A stretch of DNA of 64,000 nt, from IMG/VR virus record IMGVR_UViG_3300024324_000009, positions 64,001 to 128,000 of that record, one strand, 5' to 3'. Position 1 is the first letter of the stretch, and each line of letters opens with the position of its first letter. Origin of the DNA: a virus. Positions 39,434 to 49,049 of this stretch are shown piece after piece. The position numbers were made by a program, and so were the translations under genes. Under the pieces are notes generated by a model, which worked only from the letters and a program-made list of their open reading frames with translations, did not search any database and had not been told where the DNA came from.

Positions 39434-40017
39434 GAAGGATTATAATTTTTTGAGTAGTCTCCAACAACAAAATCCATATAGTGATAGTAATATATAATGT
39501 CTTGCTGTCTCTGAGTTAACGCTATAGATTTTTTAATTAGGCTTTTATTAGTATGCGGAAAGTTGTTAAGTATATCAAACCTTTCTGGACCATCACCGTG
39601 ATATATGTCTTCATTGTTTAAAAATTCTTCAATGATATTTTCACATTTTATTAGATGTGTATATTGCGGATATACTATGCTGACAGGCATTTGTACTGCT
39701 TGCTTAGAGTGTAACATTAACCACTCATCAAATGATATGGCATCATTTTCCATTTGTATATGCCACTTCCATTGACTAATAACTCTATCATATGGGTTTC
39801 TAATCGGTAAATATCTTTTCCAGCCTTCTTGCATAACTAGTTCAGGAACCGTGGCTGAATGCGGATTTGTCCATAGTGTAGGCTCCCAGCTATAGTGTGG
39901 ATTGCTACCCAGAAACCTAGTATAGCAATTCCATTGATTAAAGAAGTCTATTATACTACTAGAATAATTTTTAAAAGGCGTATAAATACAAAATCTCTTC
40001 TTACGGTTTACTATCAT
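39430..40017 (-). CDS. Sulfotransferase family 2-like protein
   Basis: PFKNYSSSI (5'-PSB-like); IRNPYDRVISQW (3'-PB); FPHTN..Y..DF..Y. Confidence 0.7.
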   Translation of the reverse strand: MIVNRKKRFCIYTPFKNYSSSIIDFFNQWNCYTRFLGSNPHYSWEPTLWTNPHSATVPELVMQEGWKRYLPIRNPYDRVISQWKWHIQMENDAISFDEWLMLHSKQAVQMPVSIVYPQYTHLIKCENIIEEFLNNEDIYHGDGPERFDILNNFPHTNKSLIKKSIALTQRQQDIIYYYHYMDFVVGDYSKNYNPS

Positions 40018-41405
40018 AAATCACCTATCTGTGGTTCGCTGAAGTTACTTATTATATAGTTTTGATTCTTATTAGTTTTATTAAATTCATTATCCAGTTC
40101 TAGGCCAGTAAATTTCTGTACAATAGTTTTTTCATTAAGTTTATGGTCTTTAATTAAAATTACATTTTCTAGTTCTTCTATTGGATGTTCGTATCTAATA
40201 TTGCCTTCTAATAATATTATCTTGTGATTCATTAATAAAGATTCTAATACTACTACAGGACAAGGGTCACGGTTACTAGTTAACATAAAATAGTCTAATT
40301 TTTCTAGTTGTCTATACGGGTTTTCTGTTACAGGCAGGCAGGAAAGATTTGCTTCATTATGCGGAAATTCTCCTCCTATCCAAATGAAATCATATTCGGG
40401 ATTATTCTTTGCTAGTAAAGCAAATAATCTGGGATTTTTGCGACTACATACAGTACCGCACATTCCTATTTTAATACGTTTGTTTTTTCTTGTTCTTTTT
40501 TTAGTTTTTAAAATTTTAGCTTGACGAGTAGGATGTATAAATTCTGGAACCAGTTTACATTTTTCTTTAATCTCTGGTGGTAAATTAAAGTTTTGCATTA
40601 TTTTATCTGCTACAAAATACGTAGATTTAAACTGTGATATCAGTGTTATAATTTCTTTTCTGTTTGAGCCAAAACATCTGTATAGATCATTATAGGTCTC
40701 ATGGAGATGTAATATTGTACGACTTAGATATTTTTCAAAAACTTTATAGTCTTTAGTTATCCTAGTCATAGAGTTTGAGTAAATCAATCTGGGTTCATTA
40801 GCATCTAATATGTCTTTAAGTATATTGGTATTGCCAAAGTAGTATAGCTTTTGTATAGATTTGTGTAATTTGAAACAGTTTGAGGGGAAAATATCTAACC
40901 ATACAACTTTCTCTCCTTTATCAACAAGCCAATTAGCTAAATCTTGTAAGTAAAAAGGAGCACCTGTTCTGCTAGTATGGTGATTCACTAGAACAATAGC
41001 ATCATCGTCAAAAAATATTTCTTGCTCTATTAAAAACTTATTTAGTTCTTGATAAGACATGCCTATATCCCATAATCTACCTTCTCCATAACCATGCTGC
41101 ATGAAGTGGGAACTAGGACATTTTAGCCTCTTTATCTCCGGGTTAATAAATAAATATATATCAGAATCGAAACTACTAGGTAATTCAAGAAGTGTCTTGT
41201 GATACAGATTTTTAGTAGACCTGTTTTCTTTTTGTCCCGACATTAAATAGTGCAGATATAAATCAAATTTATTAAACAGTAGGTTCTCTTGCAGGTCTGG
41301 GTTTACGTCTAAATACTCTATATGATTAAAGTCCGGCTCCAGTGTCCTCACAGATTTATAGAGGATGGACTGCTCGTCGATACATTTTTTGAAATGTTTT
41401 CGCAT
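40014..41405 (-). CDS. GT4-like glycosyltransferase with two N-terminal F-x3-YL-x2-NP repeats
   Basis: YLDVNPD..HY..GQKENR / YLFINPE..HF..GYGEGR; SRTGAP; RKNP; SNRDPCPVVVLES. Confidence 0.75.
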   Translation of the reverse strand: MRKHFKKCIDEQSILYKSVRTLEPDFNHIEYLDVNPDLQENLLFNKFDLYLHYLMSGQKENRSTKNLYHKTLLELPSSFDSDIYLFINPEIKRLKCPSSHFMQHGYGEGRLWDIGMSYQELNKFLIEQEIFFDDDAIVLVNHHTSRTGAPFYLQDLANWLVDKGEKVVWLDIFPSNCFKLHKSIQKLYYFGNTNILKDILDANEPRLIYSNSMTRITKDYKVFEKYLSRTILHLHETYNDLYRCFGSNRKEIITLISQFKSTYFVADKIMQNFNLPPEIKEKCKLVPEFIHPTRQAKILKTKKRTRKNKRIKIGMCGTVCSRKNPRLFALLAKNNPEYDFIWIGGEFPHNEANLSCLPVTENPYRQLEKLDYFMLTSNRDPCPVVVLESLLMNHKIILLEGNIRYEHPIEELENVILIKDHKLNEKTIVQKFTGLELDNEFNKTNKNQNYIISNFSEPQIGDL

Positions 41406-41893
41406 GATTTTTTATCTCTTTGTGATATAACGCTAGGCGTTGCCACAGGCCAAATAATATTAAATGCAGGGTCACACCAGCAATGCCCCATATCGTGCTT
41501 AGGTTCGTATACAGAATCTTGTTGATGGTAAAGTTTACAACTTTCCTGTACAAAAAACCCATGACCACAATTTGGAGGAATGTAAATACTGTTTAATTTT
41601 TCAGAATCAATAGTGGTTCCAAAATATTGATTGTATGTTTCACTCTCTGGTCTTAAGTCTACACATACAATATACACCTTACCGGCAAGACAACTAATTA
41701 ATTTTCCATAAGGAGTCTGGTGTATTCCAGAAATTGTACCGACTGTAGCTTCTTCATAATTTGTTTGAAATGCAACAAATTGAGGTAGAGCACAACGCTT
41801 GTACATTTCTGCAAACACTCCAAGGTGTCTCTGCTTTATCTCTGGATACATTACTACGCAGCCTAAAATAAAAGTGTCTCTAATCTCAATCAT
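41348..41893 (-). CDS. rmlC: dTDP-4-dehydrorhamnose 3,5-epimerase family (cupin)
   Basis: GIH; GKL..C..G; VDLRPES.T; YIPP.CGHGF; W.DP..I.WP..IS.RD. Confidence 0.8.
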   Translation of the reverse strand: MIEIRDTFILGCVVMYPEIKQRHLGVFAEMYKRCALPQFVAFQTNYEEATVGTISGIHQTPYGKLISCLAGKVYIVCVDLRPESETYNQYFGTTIDSEKLNSIYIPPNCGHGFFVQESCKLYHQQDSVYEPKHDMGHCWCDPAFNIIWPVATPSVISQRDKKSCENISKNVSTSSPSSINL

Positions 41894-41894
41894 T

Positions 41895-42884
41895 TTAATT
41901 TTTCCAGTAAGAATAAATATTTTTATCTATTTCATAAAAAGGCCAAATGAACCTTTCACGTTTAGGTTGCTTTTTAGCCCAATCCCACATATCAACTAGA
42001 CCTTCTTTTAGATCGGTCTTGTGTTCAAAATCTAATAAGTCTATAGATTTTTGGTAAGTAGCGAAAGCATGTTTTACTTCGTGTCTACTCTCTAAATGTT
42101 TTTTAGAACCATCTCCTATGATATTTAACAAAGTGTCACAGGCGAAATTTATAGAAAATTCTTTCATTCCTCCTAGATTAATAATTTGCTTAGATGCTCT
42201 GGAGTCAACCGCTGATTTAAATAGTGGTTCTACGCTGTCATTAATATGGCTGAATGCTCTTGTCTGATGACCATCTCCAAATATAGTCATAGGTTCATTG
42301 TTTAATGCCTGATACATCCATATTCCTAATACGTTTCTGTATTTATCCCAAATGTTCTGTTTGCGACCATAAACATTATGGGGTCTAATAACACACCAAT
42401 CTAAACCGTGTTGCTCTCCTGCTATGCGTATATCGCACTCAGCAGCATATTTAGCGACTCCATATGGATCAATAGGCATAGGCTGCATATCTTCATCGAA
42501 TGGTGCTTCTAAGTTACCATATGTAGCCATAGTAGAAGTAAATACAAGTCTCTCTACTCCATTCATGATACAGCAGTTGACCACATTTGCGGTTGCCTTG
42601 AGATTATTTTCATAATTAAAACATCTAATAAAAGGACTCAATCCTTCCGCTGCATAAGCGGCTAGATGAAATACATAATCCGGTTTAATTCTAGCAAAAT
42701 AGTTCTTAAAGTCAGAGTGGTTGCAACTAATTTTATTATGGTTTACGCGAGGGTCTATATTGTTTTCATATCCTCCACTCATATCATCAGCACCATAGAC
42801 TATCCAATCTGTACTATCTAATATATAGTCTGCTAAGTTAGAGCCTAGAAGTCCAGCATTACCAGTTATTAAGCATTTTGTCAT
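41895..42884 (-). CDS. NAD-dependent nucleotide-sugar epimerase/dehydratase
   Basis: ITGNAGLLGS; FHLAA; PYGVAK; RPHNVYG; GDGHQTRAF. Confidence 0.92.
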   Translation of the reverse strand: MTKCLITGNAGLLGSNLADYILDSTDWIVYGADDMSGGYENNIDPRVNHNKISCNHSDFKNYFARIKPDYVFHLAAYAAEGLSPFIRCFNYENNLKATANVVNCCIMNGVERLVFTSTMATYGNLEAPFDEDMQPMPIDPYGVAKYAAECDIRIAGEQHGLDWCVIRPHNVYGRKQNIWDKYRNVLGIWMYQALNNEPMTIFGDGHQTRAFSHINDSVEPLFKSAVDSRASKQIINLGGMKEFSINFACDTLLNIIGDGSKKHLESRHEVKHAFATYQKSIDLLDFEHKTDLKEGLVDMWDWAKKQPKRERFIWPFYEIDKNIYSYWKN

Positions 42885-42892
42885 TGTTGCCT

Positions 42893-43663
42893 CTATATCA
42901 TTTTAGAATTATTTATTGGGTTGTGCTTCGGTTGATTTTGCCATTTAGTAGCAAAAAACTTTTTACATTCTGCCTCTATCGACTGCTCTTTAACTTTAGC
43001 TTCTGTACTCTTTCTGCTTACTGAAACGAAATGATAAAAGGCACATTCATAAGTTCTTAGCATTTTCCATCCGTTGAGTTCACACTTTAAGAAAAAATCC
43101 CAATCAGTGTATGAACCTGTTAAGGTAGGATATTCTATATCAAAACCTCCACAAGACATATAATTCAACCTACTCATATATATGGGATAGGTAGAGCCTG
43201 TGTCTTCAATCAGGTCTTTCCTTTGGGACTTTTCAAACTTCCAAAAACCTTCTAGGTCAAATTTTGCTGGGTCTTTACCACAGTCCTTAATAATAAACTG
43301 ACTAAACATACTGTTGTAAGGTTCAATCTGGTTAGGTGCTATGACTGAATTTGTGACATCTAGCTTTCCCAAAATAGTGTCCCATTCCTTGGGGAAAACA
43401 TTGTCATCATTTGTAATAAGCACACGCTTATTTTTAGCTAAAGACACTCCAAGGTTTTGTGCTCTGGTCATTCCAACATTGTTAGGTAGGACGACAGGGT
43501 GTATTTGGCTGTAGTATTTACTGAGAACATCTGTATTGACCTCAAGGGTTCCATCAACAACAACTAATATCTCGTTGAGTTTTTCCTGTCCTTCAATAAC
43601 AGACCGTAAACATAAGTCTAATGCTTGAGGAGTCTTAAATGTTGGTATAATTACACTAATCAT
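42893..43663 (-). CDS. GT2 family glycosyltransferase
   Basis: ISVIIPT; VVDG; N.G..AQNLG; NDD; GGFD; DWDF. Start set at the ATG at 43663. Confidence 0.88.
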   Translation of the reverse strand: MISVIIPTFKTPQALDLCLRSVIEGQEKLNEILVVVDGTLEVNTDVLSKYYSQIHPVVLPNNVGMTRAQNLGVSLAKNKRVLITNDDNVFPKEWDTILGKLDVTNSVIAPNQIEPYNSMFSQFIIKDCGKDPAKFDLEGFWKFEKSQRKDLIEDTGSTYPIYMSRLNYMSCGGFDIEYPTLTGSYTDWDFFLKCELNGWKMLRTYECAFYHFVSVSRKSTEAKVKEQSIEAECKKFFATKWQNQPKHNPINNSKMI

Positions 43664-43994
43664 ATTGTCTGTAGTATTCTCCTGTGTCAATAGTTTTCTT
43701 AGAGACACTAAACTTCATTGACATACTGTCTGTGAAAGGTACGCAAAAAACAGATTCATTTTTAGTGTACCAGCCATATTCGCATTCTGTAGGCTCCCCT
43801 ATTATAAATACAGGCTTAGAGTCTACCACTATTGCACCCAGATATAAAGGCCTAACACAAACCTGTACAAAGTTGTCAAATAGTTCTATAAAATCTTCTG
43901 TGTCTGCCCAGTTGTTCAGAGATTCCTCCGACTTATATTCTGAGGATTCTTTACAAAAGGGGAACATATGTATTATGTAGCGTAACTTATCCAT
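43656..43994 (-). CDS. Hypothetical protein
   Basis: Coupled ORF inside the glycan cluster. Confidence 0.5.
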   Translation of the reverse strand: MDKLRYIIHMFPFCKESSEYKSEESLNNWADTEDFIELFDNFVQVCVRPLYLGAIVVDSKPVFIIGEPTECEYGWYTKNESVFCVPFTDSMSMKFSVSKKTIDTGEYYRQYD

Positions 43995-44626
43995 TATCTT
44001 TTAATGCTTTCATATAATTCGTTTTGTTGGCGTTGCTTATTAATCTCTTTACTATGTATTAATGCACATTGTGGATTTTGCGGAAACCCTCCCATTTCTT
44101 TGTATCCTACAATTTGTTCGTGGACGTTACCTTCCCATCTAATGTTGCCGTTATTTTTAAATATTCTTGGCTGATAGTCAGGCCAGTTAATCCATCCGTT
44201 TTCATTGATGTTCCAGCTATATTTCTTAACGTCTTCTTCTGTGTGGCCTTCTACTGTATTGATACGAGGAACATATAACATGTCAACTTCTTCTGTTAGT
44301 TGACTTTTCCATATTTCGATTGTTTCCACAGAAGCGTATTCGTCTGCATCGAAATTTATAATCCAATCTTTATTAGCTAATCCATTGGTAAAATTTTTCA
44401 TTTCAGCAAACCTTTTATCAAAATGATACCTCATGTATGTATCTGCTACTTGCTGTGAGTATTGACGGATATCTACATCTAAGTTTGTCTGTTTTTCTTT
44501 TTCTTCTCTAAAAGTATGCACGATAATTATTTCATCATTATGTGACCTAACCTGTTTGAGAAGTGGAAGGAGAGTCTTTAGTTCTTTTAACTCGTTATAA
44601 ACTGTTACAGTGTACGATATGCTCAT
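43994..44626 (-). CDS. GT2 family glycosyltransferase
   Basis: TVYNE; DADE; PRIN; NWPDYQPRI; W..VHE. Confidence 0.85.
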   Translation of the reverse strand: MSISYTVTVYNELKELKTLLPLLKQVRSHNDEIIIVHTFREEKEKQTNLDVDIRQYSQQVADTYMRYHFDKRFAEMKNFTNGLANKDWIINFDADEYASVETIEIWKSQLTEEVDMLYVPRINTVEGHTEEDVKKYSWNINENGWINWPDYQPRIFKNNGNIRWEGNVHEQIVGYKEMGGFPQNPQCALIHSKEINKQRQQNELYESIKR

Positions 44627-45225
44627 TGATTCCTCTTATGGTTTACGGTAGCTAATCTTGGGTCTGGCGTTAAAGCCCCTGACTTTTTAGCCCCTTTAAT
44701 TGAGATGCCACTTTCCTGCTGCTCCCAGATAAGACCAGAACTTTTTTTAATAATTCTAGGCTGATTATCAGGCCAGTTGATCCACCCCTTTTCATTAAGT
44801 CTTAATCCGTATCGTTCTTCTTTTTCTTTTTGACTAATTGTATCATCAATATTTACTCTGGGAGTCCAAAATATATCGTATTCGGGCTCATTCTTGATTA
44901 CATTGTTCCATAGGGCAAGTGTCTGTGCAGTTAAAAATTCATTGGCATCTAACAAGAAAACATAATCTTTAGTAGCTAAGTCACAAACATAGTTTTTTAA
45001 GTGAGTTATATCATTTTTATTTTTATAGTTACAATATGTGTCAAAATTATCCATCAGATATTCTTTGATCTCTACATGGACAGAATCATTCATTTCGTGG
45101 TCTTCACGGTAAAGATGCACAGCTATAGTCTCATCTTGAACCTTTTTGCAGACTTCTAAAGTATAGTGAAGTCTTTTGACATCATTCAACTCATCTTGTA
45201 CAACTACAGTATATGATATGGACAT
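44623..45225 (-). CDS. GT2-like glycosyltransferase, divergent paralog of 43994..44626
   Basis: Same MSISYTV start; DANE in place of DADE; PRVN; GWINWPDNQPRI. Confidence 0.75.
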   Translation of the reverse strand: MSISYTVVVQDELNDVKRLHYTLEVCKKVQDETIAVHLYREDHEMNDSVHVEIKEYLMDNFDTYCNYKNKNDITHLKNYVCDLATKDYVFLLDANEFLTAQTLALWNNVIKNEPEYDIFWTPRVNIDDTISQKEKEERYGLRLNEKGWINWPDNQPRIIKKSSGLIWEQQESGISIKGAKKSGALTPDPRLATVNHKRNQ

Positions 45226-45255
45226 TGGCTTATTTCCTTGATAGTAGATATACTT

Positions 45256-45283
45256 ATAATAGGCTTATTCTGCTGTTTGTCAA
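45256..45283 (-). promoter_or_regulatory. Sigma70-type promoter TTGACA-N16-TATTAT heading glycan cluster II
   Basis: acTTGACAaacagcagaataagccTATTAT. Confidence 0.7.
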
Positions 45284-45288
45284 GTATT

Positions 45289-46959
45289 TTAAGGCTCAGG
45301 AAAAGGTGGTAAATCAGGGCTATAATAACCTGAAATTACAGACCCCGGGTTGCCTTCACCGGGAAGTTCACCGTACCATTCATCTACCTCTATAATACAG
45401 TCAGTGACAACGATAGTATCATAAGCATATACCTTGTTGATTTTACCGTTTGCTCTTAGAAATGTCCCATCAGCTTTTTCATACAGTGTTCCTATTCGGA
45501 AAGCATCCTGATCTCTGATATCACAGTTGCCGATAAAGGTGCCAAAATTTACCGTATTATTACTGAAAAGTTCACACTTACCACGAAAAGTTCCTATGTT
45601 AATACTGGAGAATATAGTATATAATGTGTTATCTAAATATAAATTTAAAGAATCAGCCTTAATATTGGAGTACCTAGCGGTAATAGTGCCTCCCACAATA
45701 AGATCATTATTAGCGTTTTCTACATTTAAAGTTGAGCTCACTAAGTTACATCCATTATAAATCAGGCCTCCTAGGCCTCCTACAGTAATTGTACTGTCGT
45801 GACATTCTATGTTTTGACAAACAAGTTCACCACAAGACAATGCTGATATTTCGTTCATAACGATGTCATCATCCACATAAATAGTTTGAGGTGCGGAGAC
45901 TTTGGTATCATACAATTCAAGACTTGGGAAAACTAGATATCCTGCACCTCCTGCTGGTAGATCATAAGCCTTTATGTTGCTGTGGCTATACACGCAGTTT
46001 GTACTCATGCTGTCGTAATCAAACACTGGCTCCTGTAGATCAGGCCTTTTTACGGGTGGTGCAGACAACTTGGGCCGGTCCTGAGTACCGACCTTGTCAT
46101 AGGAAACTAAATCCATTTTATAAACTTCAAGGTCTTGAAATGTAAGCCTGTACGCTAGCGGTTGTACAAAGTATGCGTGATACCATTGTTCTTCAGCAGT
46201 CAAGGTGTTATTAATAAATCTAATTTTTTGGTTCATTACTGTTTGCTCTACAGGAATACCATCTTCTCTATTTGGTATTTTACTTCTGTCTTGACCATCA
46301 ATTATTAAATAGCATCCATAGTTTCGTGATTCCATAGGGTTTTCAAAGCTAGCAAAAAAAGCGGCATCCTCTTCTTCTACTGGAGGTGGAGAATCCAAGT
46401 TGATTGCAAAAAAGTTCATATTATTACAAAGTATAGTCCCTCCATTCACCCAAGAACATATATATGCTTCTCCTTTAGGTAGACCATAAAAACTTATTTC
46501 GCATTCATCTAGGATGTTAGTGTAAGATATGTTGTTATTTATGGCGTTCACAGCGTCCCAATATTCATAAGACTTGCTGTCTTCATAGTCTGATGCAGGT
46601 TCCCACTCACTACTTGTCTGTACTTCTCCTAAAGTCTCTGGGTCTGAAATACCAAACAACGTACTTGCTTGTGCCTCTGTTCTTAATTCTTTAGGAGTGT
46701 CTGATTCTTCTCCGTTTTCATCTTCTTCATAAACACATGATGGTACTGGAAACAACTTTTCCATAAAAGTTACACATGCTTGACTATTAGAAAGCCTATA
46801 TTTGTCTGTAAACGTAACAGACCCTCCTTGTATAAAACACCTATTTAAGTCTACAAGATCAAACTCTGATTTTACAGGAAGTGAGAAAGTGCAGTCCTGA
46901 TCTACCAAGTCTGTAACTGTGGTAAAATTTTCTACTTCAAATCTATCCATTAAAAACAC
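45289..46959 (-). CDS. Hypothetical acidic protein, possible beta-helical virion protein
   Basis: C-terminal third is rich in I/V/N/G/T short repeats (e.g. INIGTFRGKC / VNFGTFIGNC). Confidence 0.5.
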   Translation of the reverse strand: MFLMDRFEVENFTTVTDLVDQDCTFSLPVKSEFDLVDLNRCFIQGGSVTFTDKYRLSNSQACVTFMEKLFPVPSCVYEEDENGEESDTPKELRTEAQASTLFGISDPETLGEVQTSSEWEPASDYEDSKSYEYWDAVNAINNNISYTNILDECEISFYGLPKGEAYICSWVNGGTILCNNMNFFAINLDSPPPVEEEDAAFFASFENPMESRNYGCYLIIDGQDRSKIPNREDGIPVEQTVMNQKIRFINNTLTAEEQWYHAYFVQPLAYRLTFQDLEVYKMDLVSYDKVGTQDRPKLSAPPVKRPDLQEPVFDYDSMSTNCVYSHSNIKAYDLPAGGAGYLVFPSLELYDTKVSAPQTIYVDDDIVMNEISALSCGELVCQNIECHDSTITVGGLGGLIYNGCNLVSSTLNVENANNDLIVGGTITARYSNIKADSLNLYLDNTLYTIFSSINIGTFRGKCELFSNNTVNFGTFIGNCDIRDQDAFRIGTLYEKADGTFLRANGKINKVYAYDTIVVTDCIIEVDEWYGELPGEGNPGSVISGYYSPDLPPFPEP

Positions 46960-49049
46960 CCTTTTCCTTCTAAGTGAATTATGTGATATCCCGGTGGTTT
47001 TGCCACATTAACTTTAAGATAACCTAGATATGGTTCCCATTGTATATTTATGGTCGCGTTGTTCTCCGAGTCCAGACAGTTTATTGGTATGGCAGATGTC
47101 TCTATGTCTTGATGTGCCGTTGCATGTTTATGTGCTCTTTTCTTAAATGCTCTGTCCTTGTACATATTACCTTCAAGACGATCTAGTTCTCCTTCATTAT
47201 TAAAGGCTTTACCCCAACCCCATATAAATTCTAAATCTAAAGGTAGATAGCAGTCTCCTTCAAAGTCCTCGGCCTCACATTCATCGTCTCGTTCATGAGA
47301 AGGTATTTTGCAATAAGCCTTACTCTCTGAAAGCAAATCTGCTGTAACATGAGTAGGGATATTTTGAGAATAGTGCAACAAATCATCTCCCTTGTTACTT
47401 TGGGTGAAACGAGGATTAAGAGAGAGAGCAAATAACATACCGAAAGCACTTTGTCTTTCAGCACAAAAGTAAGGTAGACAGTTGGGATAAATAGGAACTC
47501 CTTGACATCCCTCATACTCTAGTATAACAAAAGGATCAGTACAGTCTATTCCTTCGTTGGCTGGGCAAACAGTTTGCCTACAGGCATAATAGTCGCTACC
47601 ATTCATGTATCTAATCATGTCTTTCAAAACGGTTTCGGTAACTAAAAACGAACCGTCTGGTAATGGCCCCCAGTTTGGTTCACCTCCAGTAATCCAATTT
47701 CCTAATGGACATTGTAGAACATACACACATTCGTCAAACTCTAGTCTTCTATCGTCATAGCCTATAATGCTATACATGGTATACCATATTCTATCTGGAT
47801 ATGCTAAACCTTGACTATCTCTTCTATTGGGAAAACCTACGTTAGTAAACAAAGCTACGCCTTCTCCGTTCCAGAGTAGTTGCTTTATTGTTCTAAGATA
47901 TGCTTCGTAGTCACTGGATGAACTTGGCATTCCTGCTTTGCCGTTTACGCTTACATCTAGCATAAGAGGTACTGTAGCCCTTATTCTTTCTATCTTTTCT
48001 TCTTGTTTTAAGTTGGGACTATCAGGATCAGTAGTCTTTGGCTTCATTGTTTGATAGTTCCAGCCGTTGCGTTCCTGTAGCCATTCAAAGAATAGGCCTT
48101 TATCAATAGTGTTTAATCTATCTGCTTGATTGTTTCTGAGGTTGCATATACCTGAATATTCTCTTCTTTCTAAAACTCCTATGTGATACATTTTTTCATC
48201 TTGTCTACCTGATAATAAGTCTCCTCTCTGCGAACCGTCTTGAGAAGGAACCCAGTATGCGAACTGTATATATCTACCCTCAAATGTAGCAGTTCTATCA
48301 AACCCACAACACTCACTATAGTATTCTGGAGTTCCGGGTTTACAGCAAGGGTCATTTTCAGGAGGTGGGTCTATTGGTGGGCAGCAGCCACACGATCTAC
48401 ACTTTGGCTGGTCTTCACCAGCACATGTTACGCATGAATGTGCGGCTCCCGGCACACCTTGGGCTCCGGGCCAACAACTCATTACTCCTACTGTAGGAGA
48501 CCTTACTTCAAGTACGTCTTGTGGTTCTAGAGTTTGTCCTACTTCTTCTGCTGATATTAAATCTGGCCCCATCATCAACATATTGTCTGGTATGCTGTTC
48601 CATCCCCAGTATGTCATGTATTCAGTAGCCATTCTGTGAAAACTTTTTGAGAAATTGTTATCTCCTACATAGTGACAAGCCCTCATAGTGTCCGCAGAGT
48701 TCCTGAAAGCATGTGCTACTGCGGCTTGTGGGATTGAGCAACATTCTTTATAAGCCCCGCCATCTAATTGTTCTAAAAATTTAAATGGCAATACTAATTG
48801 GTATTCATGGTCATTATTAGTTGCACTGTATAGTGTAGAATCTGCTGCGGCACTAAAGCAAGGATATTTTAAAATAGATACTGCATCAACAATTCTAGCT
48901 AGCCAGTAAGCAGCAGAAACTCCCTGTGGATAAGTACCGAATACTTCAGAGTTGCTGTTGTCTGCAAAGTAATCAATTTTTCTAGGCGATGTTGGGCTAG
49001 GATCACAAGGGTTTCTTGTAAGTGCCTCATATAGTTCATCTGGAGTCAT
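46950..49049 (-). CDS. Inactive papain-like (C1) paralog with Cys-rich insertions
   Basis: Colinear similarity to 51887..52813 (e.g. GGEPNWGPLPDGSFLV vs GGHPEWGPIPDGSFLI), but the catalytic C/H/N are replaced. Confidence 0.75.
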   Translation of the reverse strand: MTPDELYEALTRNPCDPSPTSPRKIDYFADNSNSEVFGTYPQGVSAAYWLARIVDAVSILKYPCFSAAADSTLYSATNNDHEYQLVLPFKFLEQLDGGAYKECCSIPQAAVAHAFRNSADTMRACHYVGDNNFSKSFHRMATEYMTYWGWNSIPDNMLMMGPDLISAEEVGQTLEPQDVLEVRSPTVGVMSCWPGAQGVPGAAHSCVTCAGEDQPKCRSCGCCPPIDPPPENDPCCKPGTPEYYSECCGFDRTATFEGRYIQFAYWVPSQDGSQRGDLLSGRQDEKMYHIGVLERREYSGICNLRNNQADRLNTIDKGLFFEWLQERNGWNYQTMKPKTTDPDSPNLKQEEKIERIRATVPLMLDVSVNGKAGMPSSSSDYEAYLRTIKQLLWNGEGVALFTNVGFPNRRDSQGLAYPDRIWYTMYSIIGYDDRRLEFDECVYVLQCPLGNWITGGEPNWGPLPDGSFLVTETVLKDMIRYMNGSDYYACRQTVCPANEGIDCTDPFVILEYEGCQGVPIYPNCLPYFCAERQSAFGMLFALSLNPRFTQSNKGDDLLHYSQNIPTHVTADLLSESKAYCKIPSHERDDECEAEDFEGDCYLPLDLEFIWGWGKAFNNEGELDRLEGNMYKDRAFKKRAHKHATAHQDIETSAIPINCLDSENNATINIQWEPYLGYLKVNVAKPPGYHIIHLEGKGCF

